Shown in pieces: positions 8,049 through 17,114 of a stretch of DNA of 24,158 nt. This DNA comes from an uncultured bacterium. Lineage in GTDB: Bacteria > Abyssobacteria > SURF-5. Under the pieces are notes generated by a model. It saw only the letters and a program-made list of their open reading frames with translations. It did not search any database and was not told the DNA's origin. Position 1 is the first letter of the stretch; the number at the start of each line of letters is the position of its first letter. The stretch lies in the NCBI GenBank assembly GCA_964510165.1, contig CAZEBC010000040.1:1-24158 (forward strand), read 5' to 3'. The translations under genes were made by a program, and so were the position numbers.

Positions 8049-8501
8049 TTATGCCCGCGTCTCCTTGTCGAGGAAGTGGAGCGGGTCTTTCTTGCGATAT
8101 ACCAGGGCCTGGCAGATGGCGAGGAGTTTGCCGGTCTGGTCGCTTACGGTGATGTAGTAGTTGGCGGTGCGGGCGGTGCGATTGATTTCCTTGGCTTCGG
8201 AGGTGAGCAGGGCGCCCGCCTCGGGCGTCGAGAGGTATGTAATGTTCATGTTGAGGGCGACGGCTACGGTGCCGTGGGAGTTTGAGGCGGTCTCGAACGC
8301 CTCGTCAATAAGGGAGAAGACGGCGCCTCCGTGGGCCATGCCGTGGATATTTGCCATGTCGGGTGTGAATCTCATTTGCACCTTTGAGTAGCCGGCTCCT
8401 ATCTCCTTGAGTTCCAGTCCCATCTTGCGCGCATAGGGTTCTTCCTTCACCTTTTGGCGGATCGCCTCGAAGACCGTTTCGTTCATATCTGATCCTTTCA
8501 A
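8049..8501 (-). CDS. paaI: PaaI-family (hotdog fold) acyl-CoA thioesterase
   Basis: 'NIHGMAHGGAVFSLIDEAFETASNSHG' hotdog motif; 'VALNMNITYL'; 'TANYYITVSDQTGKLLA'; context next to paaK. The true start may be the second Met (MNETV), which follows AAAGGA. Confidence 0.88.
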   Translation of the reverse strand: MKGSDMNETVFEAIRQKVKEEPYARKMGLELKEIGAGYSKVQMRFTPDMANIHGMAHGGAVFSLIDEAFETASNSHGTVAVALNMNITYLSTPEAGALLTSEAKEINRTARTANYYITVSDQTGKLLAICQALVYRKKDPLHFLDKETRA

Positions 8502-8606
8502 TATTTGCCGGTTAAAGAGCGCACGCCGTGCGCCTGTACCCGATCATGCGACGATGCGGACAGATTCGTTGCGACAGGCCAATATTCGATTTTCCTCAGA
8601 ACTCCT

Positions 8607-8721
8607 CGTCATTGCGAGGGAGGAACGTAGTTCCGACCGAAACAATCCCGGTACAGTTGGTCCCGGCCGCTGTATCGAGATTGCATCTTCATCCCGTGTT
8701 CGCGTGATTCCTCGCAATGGC
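8607..8721. repeat. CGTC-type palindromic element (cloverleaf, MITE/REP-like)
   Basis: Terminal inverted repeat GTCATTGCGAGG (8608-8619) / CCTCGCAATGGC (8710-8721); internal stems GGAAC/GTTCC and CAATCCCGGTACAG/CTGTATCGAGATTG. Confidence 0.8.
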
Positions 8722-8777
8722 TCTCGTGAGAGGACGAGCGGATTTTCGGATTTTGCAGCGAAATCAACAGTCAAGCC

Positions 8778-8806
8778 ATGATACCTTGGAAGAGGCGAAG
8801 AGTCAA
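8778..8806 (-). promoter_or_regulatory. sigma70-type promoter for paaI
   Basis: Minus strand TTGACT (8806-8801), 17-nt spacer, TATCAT (8783-8778). Confidence 0.65.
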
Positions 8807-8844
8807 CCGGCATGGTCATTTTGGCCGGAACTCGTTGATGCCGC

Positions 8845-8870
8845 TGGATGTCCGTCCATGTTGACATCCA
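8845..8870. promoter_or_regulatory. Candidate operator overlapping the -35 box
   Basis: Perfect inverted repeat TGGATGTC-N10-GACATCCA; a further TGACATCC half-site at 8901-8908. Confidence 0.5.
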
Positions 8871-8889
8871 CTATTCATCATGGTATACT
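8861..8889 (+). promoter_or_regulatory. sigma70-type promoter for the paaK-liv operon
   Basis: TTGACA (8861-8866), 17-nt spacer, TATACT (8884-8889), with a TG extended -10 at 8881-8882. Confidence 0.8.
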
Positions 8890-9036
8890 TGCGCCACTTG
8901 TGACATCCCTGGGCACGCGCGTCTTACCCCAAGACGGACGTGGGAGGCTGTCCCGTGACAGACGGACGCCAACATATTCGCACGAGCGTACGTGGAAACA
9001 CTGGAGAAGTGTTTGATATATCTGGCCGGTTTCCAT

Positions 9037-9061
9037 GAGGCGGTTCACGAACCGCCTCTAC
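9037..9061. repeat. GTAG-type REP palindrome, family C copy 1
   Basis: GAGGCGGTTC-AC-GAACCGCCTCTAC; related to 12287-12316. Confidence 0.8.
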
Positions 9062-9171
9062 AATCGCGGTAGCGGCTCCGCGCCATTACAAAGGAAAACG
9101 CACAGTATTTGGGAAACTGGGTGACGCGCGCGAATGAGATTGAATTTATCAAGAAGAAGGAAGTGATGACG

Positions 9172-10479
9172 ATGATCTGGGATGAAAAGCACGAATGCAT
9201 GCCGAGGGAAGAGCTCGAGGCGCTTCAACTGAAGCGGCTGAAGGGCGTGGTCAAGCGGCTGTATGCAAACGTGCCCTATTTCCGCAATAAACTGGATTCG
9301 CTTCATCTGAAACCCTCCGACATCAAGGCCCTCAAGGACCTTCAAAAGCTTCCCTTCATCACAAAGCATGACCTGAGGGAGACGTATCCATTCGGGTTGT
9401 TTGCCAGGCCGCTTAAGGATGTGGTGAGAATCCATTCGTCATCGGGGACGACGGGCAAGCCCGTGGTGGCGGGATATACCCGTGCCGACCTTAACCTGTG
9501 GGCTGAGCTGATGGCGCGCACGATGACGGCTGGCGGCATGACGGCCGACGACATTGTACAGAACGCTTACGGGTATGGGCTGTTCACTGGCGGCCTCGGC
9601 ATTCATTACGGCGCGGAGAGGATCGGGGCGACGGTGATTCCGATTTCGGGCGGCAACACGAAGCGGCAACTCATGATAATGGAGGATTTCGGCGCGACCG
9701 TTCTGGCCTGCACGCCGTCGTATTCTCTCCAGATCGCCGAGGTGGCGCATGAGATGTGTCTCGACATGAAGAGGATGAAACTGCGGGTGGGTTTCTTCGG
9801 CGCTGAGCCTTGGTCGGACCAGATGCGGGTGGAAATCGAAGAACAGCTCCATCTCAAGGCGATGGACATCTATGGGCTTACGGAGGTGATCGGGCCGGGG
9901 GTTGCGGCCGAATGCGAACACCGATGCGGGCTGCACGTCTTCGAGGACCATTTCCTCGCCGAACTGATCGATCCCGACACGTGCGAGCCGCTCCCGCCGG
10001 GACAGACAGGCGAGCTTGTGCTGACGTGCTTGACGAAGGAGGCGTTTCCTGTGGTGCGTTTCCGCACGCGGGACATCGTGAGCCTGAACCATGAGCCGTG
10101 CGAATGCGGCCGAACGCTTGTGCGCATGGCGCGCGTGACCGGCCGGACCGACGATATGCTTATCATCAGGGGAGTCAACGTGTTTCCCTCGCAAATCGAG
10201 AGCGTTCTTGTGGGCATTGAGGAAGCCGAGCCTCATTACCAACTTATTGTGAGCAGGGACGGGGTAATGGACACGCTCGAGGTCCAGGTTGAGGTTGACC
10301 AGAAGCATTTCTCCGACGAGATCAAGGGGATGCAGCGGCTGGAGCGCAAAATCGCGCACGAGATCAACAGCATGCTGGGCATCCATGTGAAGGTAACTCT
10401 GGTTCAGCCGAAAACCATCGAGCGCAGCATGGGGAAGGCGAAGCGGGTAATTGACATGCGCAAGGAGGGATTACCGTGA
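9172..10479 (+). CDS. paaK: Phenylacetate--CoA ligase family protein (canonical)
   Basis: P-loop '[12 protein letters not shown]', '[17 protein letters not shown]', 'GAEPW', 'DIYGLTE', 'RFRTRD', '[20 protein letters not shown]', C-terminal 'GKAKRVID'. Start reassigned to ATG 9172 (MIWDEKH) after the SD AAGGAAG. Confidence 0.95.
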   Translation: MIWDEKHECMPREELEALQLKRLKGVVKRLYANVPYFRNKLDSLHLKPSDIKALKDLQKLPFITKHDLRETYPFGLFARPLKDVVRIHSSSGTTGKPVVAGYTRADLNLWAELMARTMTAGGMTADDIVQNAYGYGLFTGGLGIHYGAERIGATVIPISGGNTKRQLMIMEDFGATVLACTPSYSLQIAEVAHEMCLDMKRMKLRVGFFGAEPWSDQMRVEIEEQLHLKAMDIYGLTEVIGPGVAAECEHRCGLHVFEDHFLAELIDPDTCEPLPPGQTGELVLTCLTKEAFPVVRFRTRDIVSLNHEPCECGRTLVRMARVTGRTDDMLIIRGVNVFPSQIESVLVGIEEAEPHYQLIVSRDGVMDTLEVQVEVDQKHFSDEIKGMQRLERKIAHEINSMLGIHVKVTLVQPKTIERSMGKAKRVIDMRKEGLP

Positions 10480-10910
10480 AAGTACGGCAGGTATCCGTTT
10501 TCCTTGAGAACAAGATAGGCCATGCGCGAATGGTCACCGATGAGCTGAAGAAGGCGAATCTGAACCTTCGGGCGATTACGCTCGCTGACAGCGAGAACTT
10601 TGGCATCTTGCGCATGGTGGTCGAAGACCCCGATAAGGCCTACGCGGTTCTGCGCACGGCGAACTTTGCCGTTCAGGAGACCGATGTCATCGCGGTCGAG
10701 GTGCCCGATCAGCCCGGCGGGTTGAGCGAGGTGCTCAAGACGCTCGAGGACTGCGGCGTGAATATCGAATACCTGTACTCGGTGCTCGAGCGCAAGAGCA
10801 ACAAGGCGGTCATTATTATTCGGGTTGAGGATATTGACAACGTCATCGCGCAATTGAAGGACCGCCACATCAAGCTCTTGTCGAGCAAAGAGGTGTACGG
10901 GGCGCTTTGA
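10476..10910 (+). CDS. Tandem ACT-domain (amino-acid-binding) protein
   Basis: '[11 protein letters not shown]...[15 protein letters not shown]...[13 protein letters not shown]...VNIEYLY'; GTGA overlap with the paaK stop. Confidence 0.9.
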   Translation: MKVRQVSVFLENKIGHARMVTDELKKANLNLRAITLADSENFGILRMVVEDPDKAYAVLRTANFAVQETDVIAVEVPDQPGGLSEVLKTLEDCGVNIEYLYSVLERKSNKAVIIIRVEDIDNVIAQLKDRHIKLLSSKEVYGAL

Positions 10911-10915
10911 GAGAC

Positions 10916-10937
10916 GGGCGCAATGAATTGCGCCCCT
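10916..10937. repeat. REP-like palindrome, family D (AATGAATT core)
   Basis: GGGCGCAAT-GA-ATTGCGCCCCT; degenerate relatives at about 88-109 (GTGCAAATGAATTCGCGCCTAG) and about 21411-21431 (GTGCGAATGAATTCCCGCCCAC). Confidence 0.7.
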
Positions 10938-11063
10938 CGACGGAATCACGAAGCGTGGGACAGATTCCGTAAAGCTCTGGCGTTACCGGACCTGCCCGGT
11001 CGGCAGGCCGTGAGGAGTTTGCACTTTTATTGAAGAGGGTTGAGGTAAGAGAGGAGTGGAAGC

Positions 11064-12218
11064 ATGAAGAAGATTCTGATACTGGCTGTAGTTGCGTGTC
11101 TCGCGCTGAGCGCGACCGTTCTTGCGGCTGAGCAGGAACCCATCAAGATCGGGGCCGTCTTCGCGGTTACGGGCAAGGCTTCGTGGCTGGGCGAGCCGGA
11201 GCGGAACACGGTGAAGATGATCGAGGCCGCCGTGAACGCGAAGGGGGGCATCAACGGCAGGCCGATTCAAGTGATTGTCGAGGACGATGCGGGCCTCGAA
11301 CCGAACACAGTAAATGCGGTCAAGAAGCTGGCGACGAAAGATAATGTGGTCGCGATAGTAGGTCCGACGACGACCGGCACGACTCTGGCGGTCAAGCCGA
11401 TTGCCGAGGAATACGGCGTTCCGCTGATCTCCTGCGCCGCGGCGGAAGCAATCGTCAATCCCGTGGCCAAATGGGTGTTCAAGACTCCGCAGAAGGACAG
11501 TGACTGCGCGACACGCATATACGAGCACATGAGGGAAAACGGCATCACAAAGGTGGCCATCATCACCTCGACAGACGGGTTCGGCGCAACGGGGCGCGCC
11601 CAATTGCAGGCTCTTGCTCCCACGATGGGAATAGAACTCGTTGCGGACGAAACGTACGCGCCCACGGACACGGACATGACCGCGCAACTGACCAAGATCA
11701 AGGGAAGCCCTGCGCAGGCGCTCGTGAACTGGTCGGTCGGGCCCGTTCAGGTTGTTGTGGTGAAGAACGTGCGGCAGCTCGGTCTGACAATTCCGGTTTA
11801 TCAGAGCCATGGTTTTGGAAACCCGAAAAACATCGAGGCGTGCGGCCCGGCTGGCGAGGGGATCATCTTCCCTGCGGGGAGACTGCTTGTGGTGCAGAGC
11901 CTGCTGGACAGCCATCCGCAGAAAGCGGTCCTCGCGAAGTACAAGGCCGAGTATGAGGAGCAGTTCAAGGACCAGGTGAGCACGTTCGGCGGGCATGCGT
12001 TCGATGCGTTGTGGCTCGTGCTCGACGCGATCAAGGCGGTTGGGCCGGACAGGGCGAAAATACGGGATTACATCGAGAACACGAAGGGGTTCGTCGGGAC
12101 CGGCGGCGTGTTCAATTTCTCGCCCACGGACCATTGCGGCCTTGACAAGAACGCCTTCGAGATGATGACGGTGAAGGACGGAAAATTCGTGCCGCTTGCG
12201 GCCCTTGCGAAGAAGTAG
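11064..12218 (+). CDS. ABC transporter substrate-binding protein, LivK/Leu-binding family (probably aromatic acid)
   Basis: Signal peptide; 'IKIGAVFAVTG', 'NAKGGINGRPIQVIVEDD', 'DTDMTAQLTKIK'; SD GAGGAG. Confidence 0.93.
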   Translation: MKKILILAVVACLALSATVLAAEQEPIKIGAVFAVTGKASWLGEPERNTVKMIEAAVNAKGGINGRPIQVIVEDDAGLEPNTVNAVKKLATKDNVVAIVGPTTTGTTLAVKPIAEEYGVPLISCAAAEAIVNPVAKWVFKTPQKDSDCATRIYEHMRENGITKVAIITSTDGFGATGRAQLQALAPTMGIELVADETYAPTDTDMTAQLTKIKGSPAQALVNWSVGPVQVVVVKNVRQLGLTIPVYQSHGFGNPKNIEACGPAGEGIIFPAGRLLVVQSLLDSHPQKAVLAKYKAEYEEQFKDQVSTFGGHAFDALWLVLDAIKAVGPDRAKIRDYIENTKGFVGTGGVFNFSPTDHCGLDKNAFEMMTVKDGKFVPLAALAKK

Positions 12219-12240
12219 AACCTGAAGGTTTTCGGGCGCA

Positions 12241-12316
12241 GTCACGCCAGGGCGTGACGCCCCTGCAAAGATTAGTAAGCATACATTGCAGGGGCGGTTT
12301 GCGAACCGCCCCTGCA
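12241..12316. repeat. Two REP-like palindromes between the SBP and permease genes
   Basis: GTCACGCC-AG-GGCGTGAC-GCCCCTGCA and the perfect TGCAGGGGCGGTT-TGCG-AACCGCCCCTGCA (12287-12316). Confidence 0.8.
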
Positions 12317-12371
12317 GTATGACGCGCGTCTGGTTGGCGCTCAACTTGGTGTGGTTTGTGTTTCGTGATTC

Positions 12372-13265
12372 ATGGATGTTTTCTCTCGGACTCTTCAATA
12401 CATATTCACCGGCGTTGCCATCGGCAGCATTTATGCGATGGTCGCGCTGGGATTTAACATAATTTATAACTGCACGGGCATCATCAATTTCGCGCAAGGC
12501 GAGTTTGTGATGCTTGGCGGCATGTTCATGGTGACGCTGACCACGGTGTGGAAACTCCCCGTGGCGGTCGCGTTTCCGATAGCTGTCGCGCTAGTCGTAC
12601 TGGTAGGCGTGGTATTCGAGCGGATCGCGATTCATCCCTTGAAGAATCCGTCAGTGCTGGTGCTGATCATGATCACCATAGCCGGTTCCATTCTGGTCAA
12701 GGGGCTGGCGATGTTTGCGTGGGGCAAGGAGGCGCGTTATCTTCCACACTTTTCGGGGGAAACGCCGATCGCCATTTTCGGGGCGACGATTCTGCCGCAA
12801 ACGTTATGGGTTTTGGGGAGCCTCGGGGCGGTGGTCGTCGCGCTCGCGTGGTTTTTCAATCGAACGTTGATGGGCAAAGCCATGCGCGCGTGCGCCCATA
12901 ATGCTAACGCCGCCCGCCTCGTGGGGATCAGCGTGAAGCAGATGGTGACGCTCTCATTTGGCATCTCGGCGGGCATCGGGGCCGTGGCCGGGATCGTCAT
13001 CGCGCCGATCATCCTGATGGACTACCAGCGGGGCGCGATGCTGGCTCTGAAGGGATTCGGCGCCGCAATCCTTGGCGGGCTTGGCAGCGGGCCGGGCGCA
13101 GTGATGGCGGGCATCCTCCTGGGAATACTGGAATCGCTTGGCGCGGGCTACATTTCCTCTCATTACAAGGATGCGATCGCGCTTATCGTGCTGCTCGTTG
13201 TGTTGTTTGTCCGGCCGGGAGGGATGCTGGGCAACGCCGAGGCGCAACGGTTGAAGAAATTCTGA
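12372..13265 (+). CDS. livH: Branched-chain amino acid-type ABC permease
   Basis: 'GSIYAMVALGFNIIYNCTGIINFAQGEFVMLG', 'GKAMRACAHNANAARLVGI', 'LKGFGAAILGGLGS'. Confidence 0.92.
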   Translation: MDVFSRTLQYIFTGVAIGSIYAMVALGFNIIYNCTGIINFAQGEFVMLGGMFMVTLTTVWKLPVAVAFPIAVALVVLVGVVFERIAIHPLKNPSVLVLIMITIAGSILVKGLAMFAWGKEARYLPHFSGETPIAIFGATILPQTLWVLGSLGAVVVALAWFFNRTLMGKAMRACAHNANAARLVGISVKQMVTLSFGISAGIGAVAGIVIAPIILMDYQRGAMLALKGFGAAILGGLGSGPGAVMAGILLGILESLGAGYISSHYKDAIALIVLLVVLFVRPGGMLGNAEAQRLKKF

Positions 13266-14221
13266 TGAAGCGACATATCGCTACAGTTTTGTTTGCCGTG
13301 CTCGTGATGGGAATTCCCCTTATCGTGAGGAATCCATACTATGTGGGCGCGCTGGTGTTCGTCGGGATATACTCGCTGATGACGGTCTGTCTCTGCCTGC
13401 TGCTTGGCTATGCAGGCCAGATATCGCTGGGACATGCGGCCTTCTATGGAATCGGCGCATACACCTCGGCGGTATTGACCACGCGCACGCATCTTTCGCC
13501 GTGGCTGGCGCTTGTTGCGGCGATGGCGGTGACGGCCGCTCTTGCCTTCCTGGTTGGCCGGCCTGTGCTCAAGCTGCGCGGCCATTATCTGGCGATGGCG
13601 ACGCTAGGCTTCGGCGAAATCATCTATATTGTCTTCAATTCTGCGGTCGAGCTGACGGGAGGGCCGTCGGGCCTGGGCCAAATCCCGCGGCTTTCGATAG
13701 GCGGGTTCGTTTTCAAGAATGACATTCATTATTACTATCTGGTATGGCTGACCGTCATCGTGCTTGTTGTGCTTGTGCTCAATATCATCAATTCGCGGGT
13801 GGGCCGGGCGCTTCGCTCGATTCATGGGAGCGAGACGGCGGCCAACGCGATGGGAGTGAACACGGCCTCGTACAAGATGCAGATATTCGTGTTTAGCGCA
13901 GCCGTCTCGTCCCTTGCAGGAAGCTATTACGCCCATTTTGTCACGTTCATAAGCCCGACGACATTCGACGCGAACGTGTCCGTACTGCTGGTGACAATGG
14001 TGATCGTCGGCGGCATGTCGAAGGTGTGGGGCGCGCTGCTGGGGGCGGCTCTTCTGGGCACGCTTCCGGAATACCTGAGGACATTCGGCGATTACGACAT
14101 TCTGGTGTACGGCGCGATCATGCTCGCCATCATGATGTTTGCGCCCGAAGGATTGTCCGGCCTCATTGTTGCCTGCAAGAGGTCGTTGGCCGGGAAATCC
14201 TTGCGCGGGGCCCCGGCCTGA
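13265..14221 (+). CDS. livM: Branched-chain amino acid-type ABC permease
   Basis: 'GYAGQISLGHAAFYGIGAY', 'LRGHYLAMATLGFGE', 'LTGGPSG', 'SRVGRALRSI'; TGATG overlap with livH. Confidence 0.92.
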   Translation: MKRHIATVLFAVLVMGIPLIVRNPYYVGALVFVGIYSLMTVCLCLLLGYAGQISLGHAAFYGIGAYTSAVLTTRTHLSPWLALVAAMAVTAALAFLVGRPVLKLRGHYLAMATLGFGEIIYIVFNSAVELTGGPSGLGQIPRLSIGGFVFKNDIHYYYLVWLTVIVLVVLVLNIINSRVGRALRSIHGSETAANAMGVNTASYKMQIFVFSAAVSSLAGSYYAHFVTFISPTTFDANVSVLLVTMVIVGGMSKVWGALLGAALLGTLPEYLRTFGDYDILVYGAIMLAIMMFAPEGLSGLIVACKRSLAGKSLRGAPA

Positions 14222-14231
14222 GGCACGAAGC

Positions 14232-15011
14232 ATGTTGAAGGTGCAGGGCTTGAGCAAGCGCTTCGGCGGGGTCATCGCGGTCAACGACCTGAGTTTTGAA
14301 GTGCGCGAGAAGCAGATAAAATCGGTCATTGGACCGAACGGCGCGGGCAAGACCACCTTGTTTAACCTGCTGACCGGGCTGCTTCCGCCGACTCGCGGGA
14401 AGATTACGTTCCTGGAAGAGAACATCTGCGGACGCAGGCCTCACGAGATCGCCCGGATGGGCATATCGAGGTCGTTCCAGAACGTCGAGATATTCGATAA
14501 CATGAGCGTGCTCGAGAACGTGATGCTCGGGCGACACTGCCGGACCCGCTGCGGCGCGTTCAGCAACGCGCTGCGCTGGAGGAAGGCGGTGGAGGAAGAG
14601 CGGCGGATCACCGAGGAGGCGATGGGTCACCTTGCGAGCATCGGGCTGGACGTTGACCCGCATGTTTCGCCGGCGTCGCTCCCGTTCGGAAAGCGCCGAA
14701 TGGTGGAGTTCGCGCGCGCGCTTGCGACTTCGCCCCGGCTGCTGCTGCTCGATGAGCCGGCCTCGGGGCTGAACATCCGCGAGACCGAGCAGATCGCCCG
14801 GCTCATTTGCCGGATTCGCGACTCCGGCGTTACGGTGATGCTCGTGGAGCACGACATGTCGGTCGTCATGGAGATTTCGGACGAGGTTCTCGTGATGGAC
14901 TACGGGATCAAGATTGCCGAGGGCAAACCGCGAGACGTGCAGCGGAACGAAGAGGTCATCGCGAGATACCTTGGCCGCTCCAACAGTCATGTTAAAGGTC
15001 CAAAACCTTAA
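14232..15011 (+). CDS. livG: ABC transporter ATP-binding protein
   Basis: Start reassigned to 'MLKVQGLSKRFGG'; Walker A GPNGAGKT; 'LLLLDEPASG'; 'LVEHDM'; 'ARYLG'. Confidence 0.93.
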   Translation: MLKVQGLSKRFGGVIAVNDLSFEVREKQIKSVIGPNGAGKTTLFNLLTGLLPPTRGKITFLEENICGRRPHEIARMGISRSFQNVEIFDNMSVLENVMLGRHCRTRCGAFSNALRWRKAVEEERRITEEAMGHLASIGLDVDPHVSPASLPFGKRRMVEFARALATSPRLLLLDEPASGLNIRETEQIARLICRIRDSGVTVMLVEHDMSVVMEISDEVLVMDYGIKIAEGKPRDVQRNEEVIARYLGRSNSHVKGPKP

Positions 15012-15723
15012 GAGTTATTATGGGCGCTTGCAGGCGCTCCGGGGGATCAGCCTTCACGTCGGCAAGGGTGAGATCGTCACGCTTATCGGCGCGAACGGAG
15101 CCGGCAAAACCACCATATTGAACACGGTCGCCGGGCTCATTACGCAATGCGAGGGCGCCATCCTTCTCGACGGCAAGGACATCAAGGGATTGCCGCCCGA
15201 GAGGATCGTGAAGCTGGGCGCGGTGCTCGTGCCCGAGGGACGGCAACTGTTCGCACCGATGACCGTCGCCGACAATCTTCTGCTTGGCGCATATCTGAGG
15301 CACAAGAACGGAAGCAAGGCTGAGCTGGAGCAGGACATGGGGATGGTCTTCGAGATGTTTCCGGTGCTTAAGGAGCGCCGCAAGCAGTTGGCCGGAACCC
15401 TCTCGGGCGGTGAACAGCAGATGCTGGCGATCGGGAGGGCGCTCATGTCACGGCCACGGCTGATGCTGCTTGATGAACCCTCGATGGGCCTGGCGCCGAA
15501 GGTGGCGGAGGAAATCTTTCGGACCATTGTACGGCTGAAACAGCAGGGGGTAACCGTCCTGCTGGTGGAGCAAAACGCGCGGATGGCGCTCGAGGTCGCC
15601 GAACGCGGCTATGTCATTGAGACGGGTCAGGTGGTTGTCCAGGGACCGAGCGCCGACCTGTTGAGGAATCGCGAGGTCGAGCGCGCGTATCTCGGCAAGA
15701 CGTACGAGAAGGTGTGGGAATAA
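14989..15723 (+). CDS. livF: ABC transporter ATP-binding protein
   Basis: Start reassigned to 'MLKVQNLKSYYG'; GANGAGKT; 'VPEGRQLF'; 'LSGGEQQMLAIGRALM'; 'LLDEPSMGLAP'; 'LVEQN'. Confidence 0.94.
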   Translation: MLKVQNLKSYYGRLQALRGISLHVGKGEIVTLIGANGAGKTTILNTVAGLITQCEGAILLDGKDIKGLPPERIVKLGAVLVPEGRQLFAPMTVADNLLLGAYLRHKNGSKAELEQDMGMVFEMFPVLKERRKQLAGTLSGGEQQMLAIGRALMSRPRLMLLDEPSMGLAPKVAEEIFRTIVRLKQQGVTVLLVEQNARMALEVAERGYVIETGQVVVQGPSADLLRNREVERAYLGKTYEKVWE

Positions 15724-15746
15724 GCACGCACCGACGGGATTGCTGA

Positions 15747-17063
15747 ATGACGGGGATCGACACATTATACAGGACTATGACGCGGGAGGAGATCGAGCAG
15801 CTTCAGCTCGAGCGGCTGCAATCGACGCTCCACAGGGTGTACAAGAACGTCGGCTATTATCGGGAGTCGTTCCGAATCTGCAACTTTTATCCCGATGACA
15901 TGGTCAGTCTTGACGGGCTGGCGAAACTGCCGACCACCGGCCGCGCCACGCTCGTTGAGAATTATCCGTACGGCATGTTCGCGCTTCCATTGAGGGAGGT
16001 CATACGGCTTCAGGCCGCGTCGTCGGTGCTTCACGAGGCGATCGTCGTCGGCTTCACCCGCAATGACATTGACCACTGGACCGAACTGGCCGGCCGGTCG
16101 TTAATCTCAGCCGGCGTCGGGCGGGACGACCTTGTGCATATCTGCGTGGATTACGGCTTGTTCCCCGGCGCGCTCGGGCTCCACTACGGCGCCGAGAAGA
16201 TCGGGGCGTCCGTCATCCCCGGCGGCGCGATGCCGCCGGATTCCGAGTTCGAGATGATGAAGAACTATCATGTGACCGTGCTCGTGACGACACCGCACAG
16301 AGCGCTTCGTCTCGCGCGATATATCTGCGAGCACGGAGGCGCCGCGCGGGCTCTGATGCTCCGCGCGTGCCTGCTTGTGGGGCAATACTGGTCAGAGGCG
16401 GTTCGTTCACGGCTGGAAGAACATCTGTGCGCGCCCGTCTTTGACTGTTACGGTCACCATGAGATAGTCCCCTCCGGCATCGCGGCCGAGTGTGAGAAGA
16501 AGAGCGGGCTTCATATCAACGAGGACCATTTCATTGCCGAGGTGGTTGACCCCGCGAGCGGCCGCCCGCTTGCGCCCGGACAGGAGGGCGAGCTCGCGAT
16601 TACCACGCTTACGAAAGAGGCCTTCCCACTGATCCGCTATCGCACGGGCGACATCACGCGCATAAACAAGGCGCCTTGCCAGTGCGGGTCATGCTTCGCG
16701 CGGATGGAGCGGGTCTCGCAACGGACGGACGACATGATATTCGTTGGGGGAATACATTTCTTTCCCTCGCAAGTGGAACAAATACTGAGGCGGGTAGTCG
16801 GGCTTAAGCGGTTATCGCCGGCATTTCAAGTTGTCATCGAGGGCGCCGACGCCAACGAGTCGGTTGAAGTGCTGGTCGAGGTGAACGAATCGATCTTGTC
16901 GGATAAGTTGCGCACTCTCAGGGCAATCGAAACAAAAATACAGGACGAACTGTTCGATATGCTCGGCGTCACGGCGAAAGTCAGGCTCGTCGGGCCAGGC
17001 GCCCTGAGCCTGGGACCCCGCGGAGAAGGCCGCGTGGTCGACAAGCGGGAATTGAATTCTTAA
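15747..17063 (+). CDS. Phenylacetate--CoA ligase paralog with degenerate catalytic motifs
   Basis: Colinear with PaaK1 ('REEIEQLQLERL', 'NYPYGMFA', 'LHYGAEKIGA', 'GLHINEDHF', 'LTKEAFPLIRYRTGD', 'RTDDM'), but the P-loop and the C-terminal Lys motif are altered. Confidence 0.88.
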   Translation: MTGIDTLYRTMTREEIEQLQLERLQSTLHRVYKNVGYYRESFRICNFYPDDMVSLDGLAKLPTTGRATLVENYPYGMFALPLREVIRLQAASSVLHEAIVVGFTRNDIDHWTELAGRSLISAGVGRDDLVHICVDYGLFPGALGLHYGAEKIGASVIPGGAMPPDSEFEMMKNYHVTVLVTTPHRALRLARYICEHGGAARALMLRACLLVGQYWSEAVRSRLEEHLCAPVFDCYGHHEIVPSGIAAECEKKSGLHINEDHFIAEVVDPASGRPLAPGQEGELAITTLTKEAFPLIRYRTGDITRINKAPCQCGSCFARMERVSQRTDDMIFVGGIHFFPSQVEQILRRVVGLKRLSPAFQVVIEGADANESVEVLVEVNESILSDKLRTLRAIETKIQDELFDMLGVTAKVRLVGPGALSLGPRGEGRVVDKRELNS

Positions 17064-17114
17064 TTCCGATTGGCCGTTGGCGCCGGAGGATGGGTTGTCC
17101 GTGAGGAGGAGGTG

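Noticed and set aside
7848-8285. ORFs crossing repeat-rich gaps (7848-8285, 7694-8044, 8544-8867, 8717-9016)
   Set aside because: They are translations of palindromic repeats and promoter DNA or overlap paaI.
8607-8721. Cloverleaf as a tRNA
   Set aside because: Too long; lacks T-loop/D-loop consensus and a CCA end.
9090-9135. c-di-GMP-I riboswitch-like words (CGCACAG...GAAA...GACGC)
   Set aside because: The GGCAAAC and GCAAAG core and the second stem are missing.
798-12316. Palindromic repeats as a CRISPR array
   Set aside because: Copies are dispersed and heterogeneous, with no regular spacers and no cas genes.
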